Of a stretch of DNA of 64,000 nt, positions 1 to 8,932 are shown piece after piece. The notes beneath the pieces are model-generated. The model did not search any database. It saw only the letters and a list, made by a program, of their open reading frames with translations, and was not told where the DNA came from. Position 1 is the stretch's first letter. Each line of letters opens with the position of its first letter. The DNA comes from Macrostomum lignano (Eukaryota), in NCBI GenBank assembly GCA_002269645.1, contig NIVC01000450.1, forward strand, positions 1 through 64,000, given 5' to 3'. The translations under genes were made by a program, and so were the position numbers.

Positions 1-445
1 CGGACTGCATCGCTTCTTCTGTCTCAGTCGCCCAGAGATTAACATTAACATTAACTTCTGCTGTTATTTGTTTGCCTCTGTTTCACACTGTTGTTCTATT
101 TCGCTCTATTACTGAGATAGAAAATACCATAGACAATTCAAGGCACGAATTGCCACATTGACGCCCGGAAAAGGGACGCTTAAGCCGGCAAAATTAATGA
201 CAATGTATGCTAAGTTTCTGTTGAGATTCCCCTGCCTTACTTCTTAAAAAATAAAAAAATTACAAACAGTGCGAGAAAGGGTGAAAATATGTGAATAAAA
301 ACCAGACGATATAAACCTCATGGCAGAGAAGCTGCTTGGAGCTGCTGGAGGCTGAATTAAAATTCGAGCAAATTAATGGGCAAATCCAGCGAATCCTGCT
401 GCATGCGGATCTCAGCATTTTGATGATGAACCCAGCGTCACTCAC

Positions 446-820
446 CTGCTCCCACTGCCACCTGTGCGTGGCCCTCCGTGACCTGCAGCCGAGTGGCGTT
501 TTGGCAGGATCCAGATCTTCCTTTGCAGCCACCTTCCAGATGGAACTCTTGCCCTTCAACCAGCACAGTCCAGTCAATGTCCGAGTCTGCAGCTGTCCTG
601 CCGTTCACTTGCACCAGACTGTTGGCCCAGCCTCTGCGTAGCTGCCCGTCATCTGCCTGCGATCCTGTGTGAGGACTTGAGCGACTCCTTCCAGCCAGTC
701 AGCCAGTCTCTGCTGACACTTTGCTCTCTGATGGGTGAATCCCGCATCGCTGAGCAGTCGATGCAGCTCCTCGCTGAGACGGTGGTCTTGCTCGGAGTGG
801 TCTGAGAGTCTGGGGGGGGG
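446..820 (-). other. N-terminal part of a Mab-21/cGAS-like (cGLR-type) nucleotidyltransferase domain
   Basis: Manual translation gives a helical spine-like segment, then TGSYAE|GW...AADSDIDWTVLV. This matches the GS..EG...DxD metal-binding signature of the pol-beta/Mab-21 superfamily. It is not in the ORF track because of frameshifts at 812-820 and 631-632. Confidence 0.65.
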
Positions 821-3800
821 ATGATGAGAAAGGAGTCAGTGGAGTGAAGCGTGGCCCAAGCTCGACCCAAGAGAGGGCAGTGAAAGCGGTCAGACTCACT
901 GATGAAGGCGTTGAGCGGCTGGCTGTGGGTGCTGAGGGTTTCTGGAATGTGTGAAGGAAAGCGAGGTAAGGTAGCGAAGTGATTGCAAGTAGAATGGCAA
1001 CTAATGGCAACTGACTCGGTGGGATTCAGCAGCCGCAGCACCTGCCGCTGCTCAAATCGCTCTGCGAGCTGCGCACAGGTGAGGCCCTGACTGTCTCGAT
1101 GGCTGGCATCGGCTCCATTGTCGATGAGAATCTTGGCTGCTTGCACGTAACCGGCTTGGCAGGCTCGTGAGAGAGCGGTGCGACCGTGAGTGTCTTGAGC
1201 GTGCAGTGAGGCGCCGAGATCGATGAGTTTGTGAATGAGTTCGTGATGACCTGCATCAGCTGCCAGCATGAGAGCGTGGCTCCGGTGTTGTCGTCTGGGA
1301 GATCGACATGCTGTGTGCTGAATCGCTGATGATTGAGCAGTGTGGCGGCAAGAGCGACGTGTCTTTGAGAGATGGAGAGACGAGCAGCTGTGTGATTTGA
1401 GCTGTCTGCATCTGAGAGAGGGTTTTGTTGAGAACGGAGTTTCTGTCTTCGATGGCCATTGCTGCAGTGAAGCTGAGGATGGTGTTGTATTGAAAGAGCC
1501 AGTCGGGCTCGAGACCGAGGGAGGCAACGACATTTTCGTGAAGACGAGAGCAAGCCGCGATTGCGCATTGGAAACGGAGATTCGCTCTCTGATCCAGACT
1601 AGAGACACAGGAGATGAGAAACTTGACGATTTCAAAGTGATCAAAAATTGCAGCTTTATCGGCAGCTTTGATGCAGCAGGTGTCCCTGTTTGATTGGTCA
1701 TTGATTTGTGAGACGAAAAACTTGACGATTTCAAAGTGACCATAATTTGCAGCATTTTCGGCAGCTTTGATGCAGCAGGTGTCCCTTTTTGATTGGTCAT
1801 TGATTTGTGAGAGAAAATGCTTGACGTCTTCAAAGTGACCATTGTTTGCAGCTTTTTCGGCAGCATTGATGCAGCAGGTGTCCCTGTTTGATTGGTCATT
1901 GATTTGTGGGACGAGAAACTTGACGATTTCAAAGTGACCATTGTCTGCAGCTTTTTCGGCAGCTTTGATGCAGCAGGTGTCCCTGTTTGATTGGTCATTG
2001 ATTTGTGGGACGAGAAACTTGACGATTTCAAAGTGACCATAATTTGCAGCATTTTCGGCAGCTTTGATGCAGCAGGTGTCCCTTTTTGATTGGTCATTGA
2101 TTTGTGAGAGAAAATGCTTGACGTCTTCAAAGTGACCTGGGAATGCAGCCCATTCGGCAGCATTGATGCAGCAGGTGTCCCTTTTTGATTGGTCATTGAT
2201 TTGTGGGACAAGAAACTCGGCGATTTCAAAGTGACCATTGTTTGCAGCTTTTTCGGCAGCATTGATGCAGCAGGTGTCCCTTTTTGATTGGTCATTGATT
2301 TGTGGGACGAGAAACTTGACGATTTCAAAGTGACCATTGTCTGCAGCATTTTCGGCAGCTTTGATGCAGCAGGTGTCCCTGTTTGATTGGTCATTGATTT
2401 GTGGGACGAGAAACTTGACGATTTCAAAGTGACCCTTGACTGCAGCCCATTCGGCAGCTTTGATGCAGCAGGTGTCCCTGTTTGATTGGTCATTGATTTG
2501 TGAGACGAGAAACTTGACGATTTCAAAGTGACCCTTGACTGCAGCTTTTTCGGCAGCATTGATGCAGCAGGTGTCCCTGTTTGATTGGTCATTGATTTGT
2601 GAGACGAAAAACTTGACGATTTCAAAGTGACCCTTGACTGCAGCTATTTTGGCAGCTTTGATGCAGCAGTTGTCCCTTTTTGATTGGTCATTGATTTGTG
2701 AGACGAGAAACTTGACGATTTCAAAGTGACCCTTGACTGCAGCTATTTTGGCAGCTTTGATGCAGCAGGTGTCCCTTTTTGATTGGTCATTGATTTGTGA
2801 GACGAGAAACTTGACGATTTCAAAGTGACCATGGTCTGCAGCTATTTTGGCAGCTTTGATGCAGCAGTTGTCCCTTTTTGATTGGTCATTGATTTGTGGG
2901 ACGAGAAACTTGACGATTTCAAAGTGATCAAAAATTGCAGCTTTATCGGCAGCTTTGATGCAGCAGGTGTCCCTTTTTGATTGGTCATTGATTTGTGGGA
3001 CGAGAAACTTGACGATTTCAAAGTGACCATTGTCTGCAGCTATTTTGGCAGCTTTGATGCAGCAGTTGTCCCTTTTTGATTGGTCATTGATTTGTGATAC
3101 GAGAAACTTGACGATTTCAAAGTGACCATTGTCTGCAGCTATTTTGGCAGCTTTGATGCAGCAGTTGTCCCTTTTTGATTGGTCATTGATTTGTGGGACG
3201 AGAAACTTGACGATTTCAAAGTGATCAAAAATTGCAGCTTTATCGGCAGCTTTGATGCAGCAGGTGTCCCTTTTTGATTGGTCATTGATTTGTGGGACGA
3301 GAAACTTGACGATTTCAAAGTGACCATTGTCTGCAGCTTTTTCGGCAGCATTGATGCAGCAGGTGTCCCTTTTTGATTGGTCATTGATTTGTGGGACAAG
3401 AAACTCGGCGATTTCAAAGTGACCCTTGACTGCAGCCTTTTCGGCAGCTTTGATGCAGCAGGTGTCCCTTTTTGATTGGTCATTGATTTGTGGGACAAGA
3501 AACTCGGCGATTTCAAAGTGACCATTGTCTGCAGCTTTTTCGGCAGCATTGATGCAGCAGGTGTCCCTGTTTGATTGGTCATTGATTTGTGAGACGAGAA
3601 ACTTGACGATTTCAAAGTGACCATTGTCTGCAGCTTTTTCGGCAGCATTGATGCAGCAGGTGTCCCTTTTTGATTGGTCATTGATTTGTGGGACAAGAAA
3701 CTCGGCGATTTCAAAGTGACCCTTGACTGCAGCCTTTTCGGCAGCTTTGATGCAGCAGGTGTCCCTGTTTGATTGGTCATTGATTTGTGAGACGACAAAC

Positions 3801-4645
3801 TTGACGATTTCAAAGTGACCATGGTCTGCAGCTTTTTCGGCAGCTTTGATGCAGCAGGTGTCCCTGTTTGATTGGTCATTGATTTGTGGGACGAGAAACT
3901 TGACGATTTCAAAGTGACCCTTGACTGCAGCCTTTTCGGCAGCTTTGATGCAGCAGGTGTCCCTTTTTGATTGGTCATTGATTTGTGGGACAAGAAACTC
4001 GGCGATTTCAAAGTGACCATTGTCTGCAGCTTTTTCGGCAGCATTGATGCAGCAGGTGTCCCTGTTTGATTGGTCATTGATTTGTGAGACGAGAAACTTG
4101 ACGATTTCAAAGTGACCATTGTCTGCAGCTTTTTCGGCAGCTTTGATGCAGCAGGTGTCCCTGTTTGATTGGTCATTGATTTGTGGGACGAGAAACTTGA
4201 CGATTTCAAAGTGACCCTTGACTGCAGCCTTTTCGGCAGCTTTGATGCAGCAGGTGTCCCTTTTTGATTGGTCATTGATTTGTGGGACAAGAAACTCGGC
4301 GATTTCAAAGTGACCATTGTCTGCAGCTTTTTCGGCAGCTTTGATGCAGCAGGTGTCCCTGTTTGATTGGTCATTGATTTGTGAGACGAGAAACTTGACG
4401 ATTTCAAAGTGACCATTGTCTGCAGCTTTTTCGGCAGCATTGATGCAGCAGGTGTCCCTGTTTGATTGGTCATTGATTTGTGGGACGAGAAACTTGATGA
4501 TTTCAAAGTCACCGTTGTCTAAAGCACTGTGAGTGGCCTGAACGATATCACTTAAGCTGGACGATGTCGTACCATGGGCACGTCGAGCAGTTTGCGGGAT
4601 GTTTTCGGTCGTGACGAACTGATGCTGACTTTGATTTTGGCTCAT
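446..4645 (-). CDS. Ankyrin-repeat array + Mab-21/cGAS-like nucleotidyltransferase (reconstructed across four 1-nt frameshifts; probably continues beyond the left edge)
   Basis: ATG at 4645 opens a 1129-aa ORF with 29 x 33-aa repeats (consensus IKAAEKAADNGHFEIVKFLVPQINDQSKRDTCC). Adding one base at each of ~1414-1422, 1275, 812-820 and 631-632 gives continuous ...DADSSNHTAARLSISQRHVALAATLLN...DDNTGATALMLAADAGHHELIHKLIDLGASLHAQDTHGRTALSRACQAG...RLSDHSEQDHRLSEELHRLLSDAGF...QMTGSYAEGWANSLVQVNGRTAADSDIDWTVLV. A consensus donor CAG|GTGAGT lies at 446/445. Confidence 0.75.
1620..4520 (-). repeat. Coding tandem array, 99-bp unit, about 29 copies (ankyrin-like 33-aa repeats)
   Basis: The period was measured directly (tgacgatttc at 1921 and 2020). 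The reading frame stays open throughout, and each unit carries the ankyrin AAxxGH.EIVKFL signature. Confidence 0.95.
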
Positions 4646-4651
4646 TGTTCT

Positions 4652-4898
4652 CTAGAACTGTGTTGGATTAGTAAGGTTAAAAGTGGTGGAAAATAGGAGA
4701 AAGTTGGGGATGTAGGGAAAATGAAGTGGAGGGAGAAGAAAGTGAGGGAGCTGTGGCGCCGCCTGGCTTAGCTCATTGACTGATTTTTACTGACTTACTT
4801 TGTGTACGTAATATTTACTCATCGCCAATGTACGTAGCGTTCACGCGCCACGTTGTGCCTAGGCTAAAGTTAGAAATGTTTGACTGCGCTATATTATA
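4652..4898 (-). promoter_or_regulatory. Putative TATA box and 5'-UTR intron of the ankyrin-NTase gene
   Basis: On the minus strand: TATAATATA at 4898-4890, donor GTAAGT starting at 4798, branch-like TACTAAT near 4673-4667, and acceptor TAG ending at 4652. The ATG follows 7 nt downstream. Confidence 0.5.
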
Positions 4899-5031
4899 GG
4901 CGTTTTGTCGGTTGTTTCTCAATATAATAAAGGCCGCTTAACTGTCACTTGAAGTTGCGTTTTTTTCTTGTGCTCAACTAAGCGCTCTCTTATAACGAAG
5001 AGTCCTCCTTATGGCTACGGCACGACATGTG

Positions 5032-5152
5032 CAAGAAAGAGAGAAGAGAGAAAGAGAGGAGGACGAAAGAAAGAGGGGAGGGAGGGAGAAGGAGGGAGGG
5101 AGGGAAAAAGAAGGGTGGGAAAAAGAAAGAGGAAGGGACAGAGGTAGAGGTG
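5032..5152. repeat. Polypurine (GA-rich) low-complexity tract
   Basis: Almost only A and G on the plus strand. A similar tract lies at 25432-25512 in front of the paralogous segment. Confidence 0.85.
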
Positions 5153-5159
5153 AGGTTTG

Positions 5160-6303
5160 CAGCTTTGCGGCTGTAAATGTTTTTAATGAATTATGAAGAG
5201 ACTTTATGAACCTTGTCCGTAATGTCTGGCTGCTGTCAGAGTGGCAGATGTCAGTCACGGCTGCTGTCAGAGTGGCAGATGTCAGTCACGGCTGCTGTCA
5301 GAGTGGCAGATGTCAGTCACGGCTGCTGTCAGAGTGGCAGATGTCAGTCACGGCTGCTGTCAGAGTGGCAGATGTCAGTCACGGCTGCTGTCAGAGTGGC
5401 AGATGTCAGTTACGGCTGCTGTCAGAGTGGCAGATGTCAGTCACGGCTGCTGTCAGAGTGGCAGATGTCAGTCACGGCTGCTGTCAGAGTGGCAGATGTC
5501 AGTCACGGCTGCTGTCAGAGTGGCAGATGTCAGTCACGGCTGCTGTCAGAGTGGCAGATGTCAGTCACGGCTGCTGTCAGAGTGGCAGATGTCAGTCACG
5601 GCTGCTGTCAGAGTGGCAGATGTCAGTCACGGCTGCTGTCAGAGTGGCAGATGTCAGTCACGGCTGCTGTCAGAGAGGCAGATGTCAGTCACGGCTGCTG
5701 TCAGAGTGGCAGATGTCAGTCACGGCTGCTGTCAGAGAGGCAGATGTCAGTCACGGCTGCTGTCAGAGAGGCAGATGTCAGTCACGGCTGCTGTCAGAGT
5801 GGAGGTGTTTCAAAGGTTTGTGCAGCCGGTTGCCCGAAAGATTTTACCGCCTCATCTCTCAGCTGCCCGCCCTTTTGCAGCCTCTGGCGAGGCCGACCAC
5901 CCCTCGGCCTGAGCAGCCGAAACTTCTCTCCCGAGCATGAGCGCTGAGTCCGCCGCCTTCGCCTCTGTGCACCCAGCATGGCAACGGAGAGGCTGCGGCT
6001 GCAGCGGCCACCCCAAGCTGTACTTGATGAGGCTGAGCTGACCCATTGTGCCCCAGTGCAGTCTGAGATCTTTAAATGCATTTAATTACTGAGCAGAGTA
6101 AAATGCTGCTCAGTCTCGCAGTGCTTCGGTGTGAGGAGGCGGTCAAATGTGCATAAAATGCATTGTTAAACTGGGCCAGTTTTCTCTCTCACTCTGCCTA
6201 CTGGCCTTCTCAACTGTACAGTAGTTGTAGAGAATCGGTTGCTTAGCAACAGGGCTCTGGCTCTCTCCCGACTCTCCTATGCTTTTACCTGTCTCTCTCG
6301 TGC
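5160..6303 (+). repeat. Dispersed non-coding segment, copy 1 (paralogue at 25520-26127)
   Basis: Co-linear similarity, e.g. aaagattttaccgcctcatctctcagctg and gagatctttaaatgcatttaat, is present in both copies. Confidence 0.85.
5229..5800 (+). repeat. 31-bp minisatellite (gctgctgtcagagtggcagatgtcagtcacg), about 18 copies
   Basis: Unit starts at 5229 and 5260; copies are nearly identical. Confidence 0.95.
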
Positions 6304-7740
6304 CCACCAAGAGACAGGGACTCCCACCAAGAGACAACAGACAGGGGCGCCCACCAAGAGACTGGGGCGCCCACCAAGAGACAGGGGCACCCACCAAGAG
6401 ACAGGGGCGCCCACCAAGAGACAACAGACAGGGGCGCCCACCAAGAGACTGGGGCGCCCACCAAGAGACAGGGGCACCCACCAAGAGACAGGGGCGCCCA
6501 CCAAGAGACAGTGGCGCCCACCAAGAGACAGGGGCGCCCACCAAGAGACAGGGGCGCCAACCAAGAAACAGGGGCGCCCACCAAGAGACAGGGGCGCCCA
6601 CCAAGAGACAGGGGTGCCCACCAAGAGACAGGGGTGCCCACCAAGAGACAGGGGCGCCCACCAAGAGACTGGGGCGCCCACCAAGAGACAGGGGCACCCA
6701 CCAAGAGACAGGGGCGCCCACCAAGAGACAACAGACAGGGGCGCCCACCAAGAGACTGGGGCGCCCACCAAGAGACAGGGGCACCCACCAAGAGACAGGG
6801 GCGCCCACCAAGAGACAGGGGCGCCCACCAAGAGACAGGGGCGCCCACCAAAAGACAGGGGCGCCAACCAAGAAACAGGGGCGCCCACCAAGAGACAGGG
6901 GCGCCCACCAAGAGACAGGGGTGCCCACCAAGAGACAGGGGTGCCCACCAAGAGACAGGGGCGCCAACCAAGAGACAGGGGCGCCCACCAAGAGACAGGG
7001 GCGCCCACCAAGAGACAGTGGCGCCCACCAAGAGACAGGGGCGCCCACCAAGAGACAGGGGCGCCCACCAAGAGACAGGGGCGCCCACCAAGAGACAGGG
7101 GCGCCCACCAAGAGACAGGGGCGCCCACCAAGAAACAGGGGCGCTCACCAAGAGACAGGGGCGCCCACCAAGAGACAGGGGCGCCCACCAAGAGACAGGG
7201 GCGCCCACCAAGAGACAGGGACGCCCACCAAGAGACAGGGGCGCCCAGCAAGAGACAGGGGCGCCCACCAAGAGACAGGGGCGTCCACCAAGAGACAGAC
7301 AGACAGGGGTGCCCACCAAGAGACAGGGACTCCCACCAAGAGACAGGGGCACCCACCAAGAAACAGGGGCGCCCACCAAGAGACAGGGGCACCAACCAAG
7401 AGACAGGGGTGCCCACCAAGAGACAGGGGCGCCCACCAAGAGACAGGGGCGCCCACCAAGAGACAGGGGTGCCCACCAAGAGACAGGGGCGCCAACCAAG
7501 AGACAGGGGCGCCAACCAAGAGACAGGGGCGCCCACCAAGAGACAGGGGCGCCAACCAAGAGACAGGGGCGCCCACCAAGAGACAGGGGCGCCCACCAAG
7601 AGACAGGGGCGCCCACCAAGAGACAGGGGCGCCCACCAAGAGACAGGGACTCCCACCAAGAGACAGACAGACAGGGGTGCCCACCAAGAGACAGGGGCGC
7701 CCACCAAAAGACAGGGGCACCCACCAAGAGACAGGGGTGC
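6304..7740 (+). repeat. 20-bp minisatellite (ggggcgcccaccaagagaca), about 70 copies
   Basis: Direct tandem repeats. They are the source of the many RQGRPPRD / WWAPLSLG shadow ORFs. Confidence 0.95.
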
Positions 7741-7834
7741 CAGGGAGCCCACAGCGCAACAGCGAATACTTATTAATCTGAAGGTCTGCAGATGCATAAT
7801 GTACAGGAATGCACGAACACACGAATGCACGATG

Positions 7835-8932
7835 CACGAACGACGCCATCATGTATATTTCCGTTTTCGCCACTTTACGCGTGGACCGCAAGCAATCTGA
7901 TGGGGCGGGTGGTCCGCTGAGCTTTATCCGAGACCACCTTGAATACAAGCGCATCCCAGTTGACACAGCAGAGCCGATTGAGATCTGTCGCGTGCGTGTC
8001 TTTCTGGGCACCAAGAAGTCCCTGGTCGTTGACAACATCTACGCAACGATCGATCGAGGCACATCCGCCGCGACCCACGCCCGCACCGCTGCTGTCTACC
8101 GCGCTTTGAACCGGGAAGAGCTGCCAGATCCGCCAGGACGCAGTGCTCTTGGCGAGGTGCTCTTGGCGAGGTGCTCCTGGCGAGTTGCTCCTGGCGAGGT
8201 GTTCTTGGCGAGGTGCTCCTGGCGAGGTGCTCTTGGCGAGGTGCTCCTGGCGAGATGCTCTTGGCGAAGTGCTCTTGGCGAGGTGCTCTTGGCGAGGTGC
8301 TCCTGGCGAGGTGCTCCTGGCGAGGTGCTCCTGGCGAGATGCTCTTGGCGAGGTGCTCTTGGCGAGGTGCTCCTGGCGAGGTGCTCCTGGCGAGTTGGTC
8401 CTGGCGAGGTGCTCTTGGCGAGGTGCTCCTGGCGAGGTGCTCTTGGTGAGGTGCTCTTGGCGAGGTGCTCCTGGCGAGGTGCTCTTGGCGAGGTGCTCTT
8501 GGCGAGGTGCTCCTGGCGAGGTGCTCTTGGCGAGGTGCTACTGGCGAGGTGCTCTTGGCGAGGTGCTCCTGGCGAGGTGCTCTTGGCGAGGTGCTCCTGG
8601 CGAGATGCTCTTGGCGAGGTGCTCCTGGCGAGGTGCTCTTGGCGAGGTGCTCCTGGCGAGGTGCTCTTGGCGAGGTGCTCCTGGCGAGGTGCTCCTCTTT
8701 CTGGAAACTTCTGGCCTTCTCCGCGCCTACAGCACCATCGCTAACCCAGCCGCTGACCCCACCTGTCACCGCTGTATGGAGGGCCCTGAAGACCTCAAAA
8801 AACACTGGCTGGGTTGCCTCGCCCTCCCGGCACCTGAGGCTGAAAATCTTCGATGAGGACACCCTGGACTCGAGGTTCTGACCGCCGCCCCTGCGACGAG
8901 GTCGGTGGCGCTCTCTGATTGCACTTGATGCT
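7835..8932 (+). mobile_element. Degenerate, internally deleted non-LTR retrotransposon (LINE), copy A; its 3' tail continues at 13455-13540
   Basis: APE endonuclease-like peptide (FATLRVDRKQSDGAGGPLSFIRDHLEYKRIP...VDNIY) is joined to a C-terminal region with a CCHC-type motif (AYSTIANPAADPTCHRC...EDLKKHWLGC). No reverse transcriptase lies between them. Confidence 0.7.
8147..8698 (+). repeat. 14-bp minisatellite (ggcgaggtgctc[c/t]t), about 39 copies, inside the LINE remnant
   Basis: Direct tandem repeats. The copy-B array (33801-34380) is two units longer, judged from the shift in duplication offset from 25654 to 25682. Confidence 0.95.

Noticed and set aside
649-4512. Alternative-frame ORFs MTLKSSSFSSHKSMTNQ... 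(649-2625, 3139-4512)
   Set aside because: These are shadow frames of the 99-bp array. Only the end of 649-2625 (from ~1275) is real coding sequence, entered through the frameshifts.
5977-6084. Short ORF MA(T/M)ERLRLQRPP...EIFKCI* shared with the paralogue near 25818
   Set aside because: All four differences I saw between the copies change the amino acid, so there is no sign of coding constraint.
6143-7900. Long RQGRPPRD / WWAPLSLG ORFs (also 53052-56906)
   Set aside because: A 20-bp unit lacking stops in several frames produces open frames on both strands. The larger array lies inside a well-supported intron.
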